From: Saccostrea echinata
Lineage: Eukaryota
Assembly (NCBI RefSeq): GCF_033153115.1
Contig: NW_026889774.1
Span: forward strand, 1,302,001-1,366,000
Direction: 5' to 3'
DNA: 64,000 bases
Part shown: in pieces, positions 12,537-25,551 of the stretch
Position numbering within the stretch: position 1 is the stretch's first letter
Layout of the letters: every line of letters starts with the position of its first letter
Position numbers and translations under genes: made by a program
The notes under the pieces: model-generated
Seen by the model: the letters and a program-made list of their open reading frames with translations, nothing else
What the model was told of the DNA's origin: nothing
Database searches by the model: none

Positions 12537-14299
12537 CTGTAATTAAATGTTTCAACATTCAAATAGCTATGGATTAAAGTATATCATGTGTTAACGTAAA
12601 ATTCTAGGATGATTTTTTTTTCTAAATCAATGTGTCATATTGTTGGTACCGCCAATGTATTGTAAAACATGAATAAACACAATATAGAAATGAACTTTAA
12701 TTCCTTATGATAAATTAGTACAAAACAAAAGATTGAACATCTGCAAAATAATGCTCTTTCGTTTTTTTTAGATAAAAAGATTAATCAGACATTATAATAT
12801 TTAAAATAGCTTTATTTCAGAATTAATATTACAATTAAAGCTTTCTCCCTTCTTTACTTACAGCAAAAAAAGCATGGTAAGAGAATGAGTATGATATATC
12901 TCGTGGGCGTGGCAAACATATTGGATATAATCTGAAATATACATAATACCTACATGTATAATAAAATATAGTCATAAGTACATGTATATATAGTCATAAG
13001 AAGTAGTAAAAATACCCATATATTAGAAGTTCTTCGAAAAATGGGGAGTTGGAACACATAAAAAAAATGAAAGGAAACTAAAAAAATGATAAAAATTATT
13101 TAATAATAAATCGTATTATGTGAAAAAAATGTTTTTTTGATTTTTTTCTGTGAATAATACATATTGCATCATCAATACTCTGCCAATGAGATTTTATTTT
13201 TAAAAAAGAATTGAGCGTTATTTTGTTAGAGAATTTAACAAGTCATGGAGTGTGTGTCACTCTAACTCAAATATATTATGGTGTGACTTTAACATCGTTC
13301 TTCAATATCTAAGCTTCAATGGCAGTAGGGCAAACTACGATCGAAATTGCATGCAAACACACTTTTATCGCAAAAACCTATCATTACGTTGGTTAGTGTC
13401 AAAACAAAACGACAAAACAGAGCCTTAAAGATGGCCAACTAATTGCACATAATCATCTTCTGAAAAATGAAAGTGTTTAAGAAGTCTCCATGACTATCTC
13501 GTTTCGTCAGCTCCAGATCATCTCGGATCTTTAAACATTTGGTCAACACTGGTATTTCCGATTATTTATGTAATGAAGTCCGCTTGACAAACAACCCTTA
13601 TTTACACTTGCAAGTGACACTCCGTAAACACAGAGACATTCCGAAACATTAGCTCCCGTCTTTACTGTTTAAGTGCCTTTCACTAACTGTATCCTTCTTT
13701 GCTCACATATCTGATACATGTAGTCTTACTATGTCAAGACTTTGATATTTTTATTTTACATCCCATTGTCACTCCTTTGATTAGCTTTGGTGCCAACTAT
13801 ACCTAAACTGTACTTTTATCCTCATGTTCAAGTACAGAACATAAATTTGCTGTTGTATATAACTGTGTTACTCTACAGCACTTAAAAATTTTAATTTTAA
13901 AAATGCAGTATTATCGAAATACATATGGAAGTACAGTTCCCAATTTACATTATTAAATATTTCTTTTAAAGTGAAGACAAATAAAAATAATGCTTAAAAT
14001 TCTTACGTTGAGAATCAGTGATGGTCAGTGATAAGAAATAAAGATAAATAAAATAATTTGACCCAATATATAGCATGGTTGGGAAAGACAGTGATTATTT
14101 TTGAGGTATCAATTAAAATATGCACAGGTATTTAAGTCAACTACATGTATGCCAAAAACAATTTCAACTTTTCAACAATTTCCAATTAAACAACCTAGAT
14201 ATGAATGGGAAGAAGTTTAATTGATAGACCATGACCCAACTTCATCCCCACTACACCCTGAATGGAAATACATGTACTTCTAATCAGGTTAGGGTTAGA

Positions 14300-14896
14300 T
14301 TCCGTGTGCCAAAAACTTCGTCAATACGCTGAAATCGACTGGAAAGTTAAAAATACAATCATCTCCAAAATAAAGGACATATATTTCCTTAAAATCTAAT
14401 CGCGAAACAGAACCGTGTGTTACATCAAATATTTCAAAACAAGAAATTTCAGCCCTGGCATAGCTTAGATGTGGCGTTCTTCCTATTCGTTTAGGATCTG
14501 GTCGTTATAAAATTGAACCTTTAAGTGAAAGGACGTATGTTTTCTGTTCAAGTTCGTCTGTCGAAGATGAAAAACACTTCTTATTAGATTGTCAAATTTA
14601 TGATAATATAAGGAAAAAATATTTTGATAGATTATATAATGATCACCCAAATAGTAATGATACTGATTATTTATTCAAAGTTTTAAATCAAAATTACCAG
14701 ACAAAGTTAGCCAAATTTGTACATACAGCCTTTAACCAAAGAAAAAATCGTCTGCATGTGTAAATTTATATTTAATGAAAAGTGACTTACAGGTCTAATG
14801 GGCCGGGTGCAGTTTATTTTGTTCACTGTGTAAATTACAATGTTTATAATGCACAATGTCACTCTAATAAATGATTACTTACATGTACTTACTTAC
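14300..14896 (+). mobile_element. 3' fragment of a CR1/L2-group LINE (degenerate)
   Basis: Translation ...LRCGVLPIRLGSGRYKIEPLSERTYVFCSSSSVEDEKHFLLDCQIYDNIR... is a typical ORF2 C-terminus with in-frame stops, followed by a 3'UTR, AATAAA and a (TTAC)n tail. Confidence 0.85.
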
Positions 14897-17800
14897 GATA
14901 ATCAAGAGTAGATTGGTGCTGTTTCAAAACAAATCTGGGCACGAAAAGAAGTGAAAAGCCTTCCCATTAACCTTAGACCAGAGTTGGTAATGTACAATGA
15001 TCTTCAAGTAGTTTAGATTTAAGGTTTGTAAAAATCATTGTTTGGACCCAAGATGAGCCACCTAGGGGGTCGGATTTACAAAGGTTTATACATTTAGGAT
15101 CTTCTCAAAAACAACGTGGTCATGAAAATGAATAAAACTAATATGCAACCATTCCCATGTGTGTAAATAACTTTGTAGATATCATGCATGGGAAATATTA
15201 TATTTTTATTTAAAAGATTCCCTAAAACGTCGATAATATTTGCATATAATAATGTATAAAGGAGAAAACGATAATCAGATGGGTTTTATGTACGCTAATA
15301 TTAAACTTCTCTCTCGAATGATTTCATTGGTATTAAACAGTAGAGAATTTAGGGGACATACGGCCTTCCATATTTCACCTCGATTTTTTTCCCTGGAAAT
15401 TTTTTTTTTAAATTTTTTTTTTACAAAATGGTTAGGGGATTTTAAAAAAAAAAGATCATTAAAACAGAGAAACCCCGCATTTTTAATTCAAGCCGTTGTG
15501 ACTATTTCTTGTCAAACTTTTTTTTCGCTGCTTCTTACTCAAATTTATGGGTCCATCCCATTTTATCGTACATGCTTGATGGTATTGGAAAATGTCTTAC
15601 CTTTTGCTCTTTATGCAACTTCAGGTCATCATCAGTTTTGTCGCAGGGCAAGATTTACACTTCGAAATGTTGCAGTAGTTTTTAATATCTATAAAATGTA
15701 AATATATTGGTTTGTTTATTTACTTTCCAAAGTATCACTTTTAATCGAAACAAATCATTTGTTTGGCAATAATTAAAGTTAAAGTTCATATTCATATTTG
15801 TATGAGTATATTAATACTTATCCCTTATAAATGATCGAGTATTTGTGTAAAACACTTTGATGAGCAAATAAACTTGCATGCTGACGAACTAGTAGTTATT
15901 TCGTGTCGACATATATAAGATATATATTAGCATAATTAAATGTATCTGATATTTTGTTATACATGTACATGTAAGACAAAAAAAATTACGGGGACGTTGA
16001 CCCTTGTTTGTTGAAATAACTATTGTTACTCTGTCAACATAACTAAGTTACATGTATATATGTCGACACAACTAGTTATGTGCCGATATTAATAAGTAGA
16101 TTTAACCTAAATATATAATTGATTTTTAAAGTGTAAAGAAAGTTAAACAATTATCTTGCGGGTAATACTAAATAAATTACATCTTGCAAGTTCAATGTAA
16201 GATTTCACTACTGGCCACTCTTTGTTTTTGTTTTTTTGTTTTGTTTTTTTTTTTTGGGGGGGGGGGTATTTTATATGAATGTTAAATGTATTTTGGTTTT
16301 TTTTTCTTTTTTAAACTTTTTATTTTAAAATAATATGTATATATTTAATTTAAAAATGTCACTCTTGCTATATCAATTATATTCCTTTTCATAATACCCT
16401 GTACGTGAATGTACATGTATTGTCTTGGGAGCTACAAAACGATGTTTGTACAAATTTTCCTTGTTCTTGCTGCATACGATTTTTATCTAGCGTGTGCGAA
16501 ATGACATTTTTAGCATGCACATTTTCAGAATGGTTTAGACATACACATGTATGCATTTTTCAGTATGGTTCCCATTAGAAAGGATAATATTATTTGAAAT
16601 TCTGTATCAATCGTTTTTGTTACTCACCTCTATAAATACAATAATTAGATCATATCAAATCAAATGAAAGAATTCATGCTCAAAACTATTCATCAAACAT
16701 GATCATAATTTTTCATTAAAATTAATTCGGAGAGTTTCCTTAATAATTCAAATGTAATAAGTGTTCTCATAAAAACACAAACGTGAAGATATCGAAAGAC
16801 GACCGATCGCATGATTAATTAATTATCTTGATAAAAGTTAACTTTTTAAACTTTTGATTAAGAATAGAGAGGTCTCCAATAAAAGACAAATGTTAGTTTT
16901 CTCCTAACTGCAGCTCTATATTTTTTTAAGCATAAAACATATTTATTGATGAGAGAGAGAGTTAACTTCATTAACATTCTAATAGCAACTCATTTTACTT
17001 TGTTTAAATATAATGGACAAAATTCGCAAAATTATTTAAATATTTTTAAACCGGGTGTGATGCAAAATCACCGAAATTAAGAGAAAAATTACACATGCAT
17101 CACTGCTATTTCTTAGTAAGAGTTTATTTTATGAACTATTTATCACAAAAAAATGAACTGAACTGAATTTTTCGATTGACAAATATCAAATCATAATGTA
17201 ATTTTCAGTCACTAAAAGGATTCATCTTTAAGGAAAAAAAGTTTGAAATAATCATACCGAAATTAATGTTCCCACGTTTGCTTTAAAAATCAGTAATCAC
17301 TTTTTCTTTTGATTCATAAATACCTATCTGTCCTCAAATTAACCCAGTATTTTTACTTACATGATTTTTGTCGGTTAAATCTCCGTTAGGCTGAGGAAAA
17401 TACCAGTGTACAATGAATTCCGTTATCTTGTCCTGCGTCTTGAGTTTATCGTCTGCCTCTTTGATCTAAGTCAACAGAGCGCTTCCGTAAACGATGTTTG
17501 GCCAGAAACTCCCTTTGGTATCAGCTATGTTTAAAACATTACTGACTTCGTTGAATCATAATCATCAGATTTCAAAAACTGTCATTTAGTACGTGCCCTA
17601 AAACAGGTTCTGAACTAGTATTCATATGAAGTTAATTAGGCATATATTTTTAATTGAGCAGTTTAATTATTTTATCTCAAAATGAAATGTATACGGCAAG
17701 AACATCTAATTAAAACTAATGCACAATGTAATATTGCTTGACCCATATGGGTGTATTATGCAATAAAGAATAATAAAAAATTTCGGCAGGAAAAATAAGA

Positions 17801-18343
17801 GTTCACCAACATTTTGTTTCTTTTGTTTTAAAACGAACATTAATTATTGATTCCATGGGATGCTTTTCTTTGGAAAGGGGGGGGGGGGGGGGTCTACGAA
17901 AGGTAGACACATCTTTTTTTTTTTTTTTTTTTTTTTTTTGCTTCGTCCTTTCTTCAGAAACATTTTTGCTATCGGATTTTTAATAAGATGCAATGCAAAT
18001 GAAAAGTACTCATCTAAAAATATAACAAAAATAATACCCTTCAAATATTTAAAATCGAAATAATCTACTCCTTTCAAAAATCCCCCAATAAATAACATGT
18101 ATACGGTTCCTTGATTGAAAGAATTGACATATCGTCGAAGTCGCTCGGTAACCAATTATCCGGGGGATGAAATAGCTAAGCTACTGCGAAAATGACCTAC
18201 CTAACTTCATATCATTCCTGACTGTGTAGTTGAACCATTCAGTATAATGGCATTATAATTTAAATAAATTCATTTTTCATTTATAAATGAACTACTATTT
18301 CCAGTTTTGTGTTTGGATTGTGATAATGAATTCGGAACATGCC

Positions 18344-18494
18344 NNNNNNNNNNNNNNNNNNNNNNNNNNNNNNNNNNNNNNNNNNNNNNNNNNNNNNNNN
18401 NNNNNNNNNNNNNNNNNNNNNNNNNNNNNNNNNNNNNNNNNNNNNNNNNNNNNNNNNNNNNNNNNNNNNNNNNNNNNNNNNNNNNNNNNNNNNN
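18344..18494. other. Assembly gap
   Basis: Run of N. Confidence 1.
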
Positions 18495-18499
18495 ATTTG

Positions 18500-19545
18500 T
18501 AAATAAGTGAGCTTTTTTATTACATTGTCTGGCATCCATCTGTCTGTCTGTAATTAATTTTTCAAATTTTCAAATTATTCTACAGAAGCACTGTGCCATT
18601 TTTAACCAAACTTGCCACGAAACATCCTTGGGTGAAGGGAATTCAAGTTCGTTCAAAATAAGGGCAACATGCATTTTCAAGGGGAGATAATTAAGAATAT
18701 GTGAAAATATGGTGGCATCTTTTTTAGGCCCGATATCTTCTTAAAAACCACTGCCACAGAAAAGATGAAATATATGTTCTAAAACTTCCTGATATTGTGT
18801 AAATTCAAATTTGTTCAAATCATGGCCCGAAAGGATAGGATCGTGCCACACAAGGACATCAAAATTTTACCTAGGATTGTATAGAAAACAATTTAATATT
18901 TCAAAAATATTTTTCTACCATGAATACTAGTAGTGATACGGATCCAGGAATTTTTTTCCAAGGGGGGGGGGGGGGTTCCACCCCAGTGAAAAAAATTCCA
19001 ACCCAAAAATTTCATGACAAGCAGAAAAAAATAAGTCCCTTCCCATACGTATTAAACCCAGAAATTTTCTTGACAAGCAAAAATAAAAAAAATTTTGACA
19101 AGTAAAACCCATTTTCCAAACGTGAAAAACACCTATTTCGTGGTGGTGATGGTGGGGTCTACGTTTTCTAGGGGGGTCAAAAGTGTTTTTTATTTGCTTC
19201 AGTATATACTTTTGATAACTCTGCAAATTCCCGGGGGAGTCCGGACCCCACCTCTGACCCCCCCCCCCCTTCTAGATCCACACATGACAAATATGGGAAA
19301 AAATCTTTAATTAATTATAAAATCTTATTCTCAATAACAGTATTGCCACGAATATTAATACAAGCAAGCATCCTCAGGGAGTTTACAAGTTTGTTTAAGT
19401 GATAATCCCCCTCTTAAACAGGGAGAGACCAAAAAGAGAATCAATTTTTACTTGGAAATATTCAGGAGAAAATCTTTTTAAAATCTTGTGAAGATCTAGG
19501 GCCAGAATGACTCAGGTGAGCCTTGTGGTCCAATGGCCTCTTGGT
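18500..19545 (+). mobile_element. Helentron-type non-autonomous element with degenerate ~166-bp satellite units
   Basis: GTGAGCTTTT...(TCTG)n microsatellite, degenerate central units, 3' ACTCAGGTGAGC..GTGGTCCAATGGCCTCTTGGTT. Confidence 0.7.
18930..19286 (+). mobile_element. Poly-G/GGATCC MITE nested in the Helentron-type element
   Basis: CGGATCCAGGAATTTTTTTCCAAGGGGG ... CCCCTTCTAGATCCACACATG. Confidence 0.65.
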
Positions 19546-20302
19546 TTGTGTGTTTTAACTTTTAGATAAAAACTTGACATTTGGTCGCCTCTCTATAGCA
19601 ATAACTCAGTCATTTTTTTACATGAAAATTAGAATTGTTCCTAGACTTAAAACAAATTCTAATTATTCACTTTTTCCGGATTATTTGTGGTCAGCTGTTT
19701 TTGATAGCATGTTTATTGATTCCTTGATTCCTTAACGATCAATAAAGGGTGACTGTGTTGTCTCACCGGCATTCTGATCCTTACATTTTGAAAATATCTA
19801 TTTTCCCCTGCATAGGTTGGTTTTGCATAAGATACCTGTATAATCCTAAATAAACGCTACTTTTGACAACAGTGGTCATTCCATTAACAAACATTCTCCG
19901 AAGAAGAAAACGAATACCACTTGAAAGTATGCAATCTTTATCAACTATCATTTATAAAATAAAATATTTACACTGTCTTCATACATGTAAAGTTCTTTCT
20001 AATATTTTTGCTTGTATATGTACAAAAGGATTCCAAATGAAATATTGAGCACAATATTTCAATCATTTTCTTTTTTTTTTTTACTATCTGCATTAGGTAC
20101 AAAACAGATGTAGATCAACCAACAATATTTTTTTTCATAGTGTTTTTAACACTTCACCAAAACATCACTCATTATATCCGTCAATGTAGCACTGTGGTAC
20201 ACAATTTAGCACATTTTTGATGATAATTTAGCACATTAATGTTGATCGTAATCTAGCACATCACAATTGTTATAATTTTTAATCTCTGACAGTCGTATGG
20301 AA

Positions 20303-20896
20303 TCACGTGTATCTAGGTGTCTCCATGCCCCACAGGAAGTTGTCAATGTGTGGAAGAAGTGTTGACGTCATGTTGTAGATATCCTCCATCGTGTTCCCAA
20401 TGGATGGAATGGAATACGTGACGTCACTGTCTAACTTCCGTTTCTTCTTTGTCGGTGTGGGATCATCCTGAAAAGGATCTCTGATCCTGATGTTGGACTT
20501 GAGAATAGACGATTCTGTAAGTTCTGGTGTGAATGAAACACAGCCGGTCTCATTGCTTGGTGACTTCGATGAAGGTGTCTCAAAGGCTGATGCGAGTGCT
20601 GGGAAGGAGAAGGGAGCGTATCCACTGGAGAGTGATGGAGCACCGAAACACGGAGGCGGATTTGGCCAAACTGACTGTGTCATATGTGGTTCTTCCATAA
20701 GAATACGCAATGTTTCCTTCACATTGTTGTGTGCTGTTTCTTCATCCACAAGAATCCGCCTACGCTTCTTGGATGTTGGTTGCAGCTGGAAAACGGATCT
20801 GGTTTTCTGTAAAGTACGTAACAGCTCGGAGATGTCACCACGAACCGGCTGTTTACTGTGATTACGATCTGTTTTTCTTCTTCCTTTGAACCAAGC
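20303..20896 (-). CDS. Terminal exon of a divergent PRD-like homeobox gene (homeodomain residues 47-60 plus C-terminal tail)
   Basis: ttttcag|GCT TGG TTC AAA GGA AGA AGA = AWFKGRRKTDR. 197 sense codons, GC content above background, basic NLS-like motifs KKRRR and PTKKKRKL. Confidence 0.85.
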   Translation of the reverse strand, partial: AWFKGRRKTDRNHSKQPVRGDISELLRTLQKTRSVFQLQPTSKKRRRILVDEETAHNNVKETLRILMEEPHMTQSVWPNPPPCFGAPSLSSGYAPFSFPALASAFETPSSKSPSNETGCVSFTPELTESSILKSNIRIRDPFQDDPTPTKKKRKLDSDVTYSIPSIGNTMEDIYNMTSTLLPHIDNFLWGMETPRYT

Positions 20897-21367
20897 CTGA
20901 AAATTCAACAATTACATAAATGAATCATAATATGTAACAGAGGAAGAATTTTGAACTTCTGTAGAATAAATTAATCTTTGTCCGAAGAATTGAACTCTAT
21001 CGATTTAGATATTTTTAGTGTGAATATTTTTTTTAAATCTATTCATTTGATCAATTTAAAGAAAGAAGATGGGGGAACAAGAAATAGAACATAGAAATGC
21101 CTATAGTGCGACAAACATGAAGGTTAAAAAAATCAAATCTCAATTATAACAAAATTTTCTTTGATATTTCATCTTATTTTAGAATATACTTTATGTAAAA
21201 TCTCCACAATTTGCAAAAATTTCACAAAGATTAAAATTATTTGCCTTTGAAATAGCATACACACACTAAAAAGGGCAAAAAGTATCACTTTTCTCAAACT
21301 ATAACACAATTTAGATATGAGTGGGTCTTCGCTCCATTTTTTTTTTTTTGGAAAGTTTATCCTCAAA

Positions 21368-22418
21368 CAGGGATGGGGTCAATTACATAGGAATGTAATT
21401 AATTAAATTACAATTACTTTCCCAAAACCTTCAATTAAATTACCATTACCATTACAAGGATTTTGAAATATAATTAATTAAATTACAATTACTTTGCAAA
21501 TGTAATTAATTAAATTACAAATTACATTTTAAGAAAACACTTATATAGTCATGAACGTTCCTTTTTATTCATATCAGATTCCGTTACATTTTTGCTCAAC
21601 ATTTACATTATTTAGATGTTTATCGATGTATCAAATACTGTGTTCCCTAACCTATGTCTATCAGGTTTGACGCTTTTTCCTGCCACACTGAAAATTCTTT
21701 CTGCTGGGGCATATGTGACAGGAATAGGATAATGACTAACAAGTTTACTCATGTTTTTACCTAATTCATATGTTTACAAAATTCTATGTCATTTTTTAAG
21801 CTTTCTGATATATTTATGTAAAACAATGGATGCATTTTGCCTTGATGGTTCCTTTTTCAGCATTCTAAGATTTCTCAAAATGTTGGTTTTTGACATATTG
21901 TGTGTCAAACTACCATAAATGCAACGTCTAAGTGTGCACTTCTAACACAAGCTGAAAACAGATTTGGCAAACAAAAGATTAGAAACCCTTGGACTATTTA
22001 ATTTAACTGTCAGTTAATAAACAACTTAATCAAAATTATTAATTTATATGTTAATTAAACACAGAGATATTATTTGGATTCAAAAGTTTTAAAGAAAATG
22101 CACAAGAGAAAAAAAATCACTAAGAAGGACAAATATTTAAATTCCTTTGACAAAAATAACTAGCAAAATATTTTGTCAAAAAGATCAGTTAAGCTTTTCT
22201 GAATGTTGTGTCTGGAGGGGAGTGGGGTATTTTTCATTCAATAAACATCATTGTAATTGAAAAGTAATTGTGAATTACATGCTTTTCTTGAAAGTAATTA
22301 ATTAAATTACAATTACATGTAATTGAAAGTTTGGTCAATTACACATTACTTTCAATTACATCGAAATTTGTAATTAATTACGGTCAATTACCATTACACA
22401 TTACCATTACCATCCCTG
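21368..22418 (-). mobile_element. Non-autonomous hAT element (1051 bp) in the homeobox intron
   Basis: TIR CAGGGATGG...CCATCCCTG; perfect 8-bp TSD TCCTCAAA (21360-21367, 22419-22426); AATTAC subterminal arrays; minus-strand remnant IPVTYAPAERIFSVAGKSVKPDRHRL of the hAT dimerisation domain (~21645-21750). Confidence 0.92.
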
Positions 22419-22426
22419 TCCTCAAA

Positions 22427-22690
22427 CTTAATTTTGCGTAAAAATGTACATGTACATTTTTTGGCTAACAAAAGCATGGAGCAAAGACCCACTAAACTTT
22501 AAAAATACCATTTTATGACACAACAATTTTTTGATATGAGTGGGTCTTTGCTCTATTTTTTTTTTTTTTTTTTTTTTTTTGTAGTTTATCCGCAAAGTGC
22601 GTAAAAAATACATTTTTGGTTAACAAAAGCATGGAGAAAAGGCCCACTGTACCTTAAAAATACACTTTTATAACACAAGATTTGCATCTT
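22427..22690. repeat. Degenerate ~160-bp tandem repeat interrupted by the hAT element (left part ~21260-21367)
   Basis: TAACAAAAGCATGGAG.AAAG.CCCACT occurs twice; GATATGAGTGGGTCTT.GCTC occurs on both sides of the hAT insert. Confidence 0.7.
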
Positions 22691-22762
22691 TCCGAGAAAT
22701 ACCTGAAGTCCATTTAGTCAAGGGTCATATCACAAACATGATTTAAGTGCCATTATTCATCA

Positions 22763-22866
22763 GGAGTTGTGTAGCGTAGTGGTTAGCGTGTTGGTCTCAA
22801 AGGCAAATGATATTCAGGATTTTTATAGCTAAGGTTCGAACCCCACGAATACCTCATTATTTTTTT
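22763..22866 (+). other. tRNA-derived Pol III promoter-like sequence (SINE head or tRNA relic)
   Basis: A-box TAGCGTAGTGG, B-box GGTTCGAACCC, downstream T-run; cloverleaf stems pair poorly. Confidence 0.55.
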
Positions 22867-24895
22867 AATAACAGAATAAAATTTTCCTCGGAATTTCATT
22901 TATTTCAATAATGAGGACATTACTCTAAATACTAAATTCACAAATTGAATATGTTTTTTTGTACACCTGAAGCTATAGGTATTCTGCATGCCCTGTTCAC
23001 CCATCTCCTCAGATCTCGTCGATTGTAAACTTATACGGAGCTTAATTTTTGCTTAATTTTAGAGTAATATGCTTCCTTTACCATGTATTCTGCTTTAAAT
23101 AGGGGACTTTATGTATTTGTAATATCATGCAGCGGCACATTTATATATACGTGTATCATCTACATGTATTTAAATATTGTTTGCCTCTTCTCGGTGTTTA
23201 TGGAGGTAAAAGATGAATTATGCTAAGATGCTCACATATTTACTTTAAATTCTCGTGTTTCTTTAATCTTATGAAATAAAAATTTCATCCTGTTGTTCAA
23301 CACAGGATCTTAATAAGCTAAGTGAATCAAACCCATATATATGTTTTTGACGTGGAAAACCTGCTTACATTGTAACTCCAACCAAGTGATAGGGCTGGTT
23401 GTATCTACCTTCCATAAACCTTATCTACAGTTAAAAAGGATTGAAAGTATATTTATATTTGTTAATGGAGAACAAAGGCCGAAAACAATTTTGAATGTAA
23501 ACTGAAAAAAAAATATGTGTCATCTTAGTCTTGAAAAATGCGTGTTTTTCAATTTAAATATTTTTATGAATAAACGTTTAATTTTGGGAAAAAATACTCT
23601 CTTCATGTAGGTGGCTGCCAATTTAATCTCGATAATTTTGTGAATTTTTTTAAACGACACATTTTGAATTTATAGCGGAAATCCTTTCCCCTCCCCCGCT
23701 TTCTCCCTAAGTCACGTTTCTCCAAGGCTTGACACAAAACCAATTTTATGAATCTACAATACACATAAAAATCCAAGATGGAAAATATCTTTTGCTTTTA
23801 ACATGTTATCTACATTATTTTTTTTTTATCAAAAACTTAATTGTATATTTAAATGTAGAGATAAAAGCAACTTCTGAAAATTTAAGACATCCCTTCTTTT
23901 CCTGCAACGCAGGCCATCCGAGCTGGATGAAACAATGGTGACATCTACAGTGATATATAAGAAACTCTATATATACGATATATAGTTTCTTATAATTATT
24001 CAAAACAAGAGATGATGGGGGGAGGGTTACCCCCCCCCCTCCCCGTATTATAAATGCATCCATCTGTTGGGTTGCTTCTATAAATATATACTGTCTAGTA
24101 AATAAAATGGACTTTCCGTTTTCGCATATAGTAACTTCAATGTATCAAACTGTAAATTCTTCATCTATTTTAAAATTATTCATGTGCCTGAATGACCATA
24201 TACAGTGGTTTTTATTTATACAAGGAAATGCGAATGAAAACGTTTACAGACCAGTTTGCCGCAATGGGATGCTATATTCAGTTAATTTCAGTAAACAGCC
24301 CTTTTTGACTTTTGATACATACTTTGTATATATAATGCACATAGCTTTCAGCTCCTGTGTTCAGCAGATCTCACAGTAAATTTATCTGTGTATTTGTACA
24401 AAAAACAATTACAATTGTTCGGAAAACAGGAGGAATAACTCAACGAAGGGAAGGGAGAATATACATCTCCTACAATTTATTCCTCTTTGATCAGGGAACT
24501 TCTGAAAACGGTATATTTTTAATAAAAGAAAACAAAACAATATTCATTTGCATAATTATAAGAGAAAATAATCTGACTGTTATGTAGCCAAATGTAATTA
24601 AAAAATTAATTGACATAAAAATTGTCAGATAAAAAAACTGCTTTCAAATTGGTATGATCACGAATACAATTTAAACATGAATTCAAGGGATAATCTTTTT
24701 TCTTCCCCTTATGGAAGGGAGGGAGTTTAATGCAAATGCGAAAATAGTCAAGGATAAGATTTGATATTCACAAAGATATCGCAATCCCCCTAATCACCTT
24801 TCTCTTTTAGATACATCGGAATCGTAATTGCTCGTCATTTTGAAGCTTATCGCAGGAGTTATCTCCCCCCACTGTGTTGTACGTCGATACACCGA

Positions 24896-25058
24896 CATAA
24901 TATTATTCATTCGTCATTTTTAAAAATATTTTCCAAACATATCGCACGTGCATAACTTTATATATCCTCAATCTACATAATATAATTATTCATTCGCCAT
25001 TTTAAAAAATATTTTTAATATATCGCACATGTTATTGTATAACTTTTATATATCTTCA
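24896..25058. repeat. Two-copy ~82-bp direct repeat
   Basis: ATTATTCATTCG.CATTTT.AAAAATATTTT...ATATCGCAC.TG...ATAACTTT.ATATATC.TCAA twice. Confidence 0.75.
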
Positions 25059-25551
25059 AAAAGATGGAGCTGTAAATTTTAAAATGATTATAAATACATG
25101 TCTTGAGACTTAAGGTGGCAGAATTCTAGCCGTTTGCATTAGTCCGGTAAACATTTCTCAATTTAACAATTTAAATCAAGAACTTGTAAAGGATCTTTTA
25201 TTCTCAATCTCTATCACACAACCCCCCCCCCCCTCCCCTCATCCTACATGAACTTATACACGTGAACTTTTTGATCGGTTGTGTCCCTATCATACTTGTT
25301 CTCAGTCCCCTATTTCATTAGTCTATAATTTACTCCTTTTATGGGTTTTTTCTCCTTATCAGCTAAGAATGTCAATACCTAACCCGGGTTATTGAGCAAA
25401 TATGAACTACATGTATGTATAAGTGCATAACTTTCCTGCACTACTTCGAAAGTAGAATTTCCACCGCAAATAAATGTCATTGAAAAGCACATACAAAATT
25501 GATATATTATATACAATTAATCTTATCATGCTAAAATTTTACGTTTTTTAC

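Noticed and set aside
15240-15701. 153-aa ORF
   Set aside because: Non-ATG start, homopolymer-driven composition, overlaps decayed repeats, no recognisable motif.
17390-17540. GC-richer exon-like island
   Set aside because: No recognisable protein motif or consistent splice pair on either strand.
18270-18539. ORFs spanning N runs (also 29315-29584)
   Set aside because: Artefacts of assembly gaps.
20431-20861. Alternative-frame and antisense ORFs
   Set aside because: Shadows of the homeobox terminal exon; the same applies to 35902-36249 and 28388-28906 over TE coding sequence.
22763-22857. Functional tRNA gene
   Set aside because: Acceptor and T stems do not pair convincingly; only the A/B boxes are retained.
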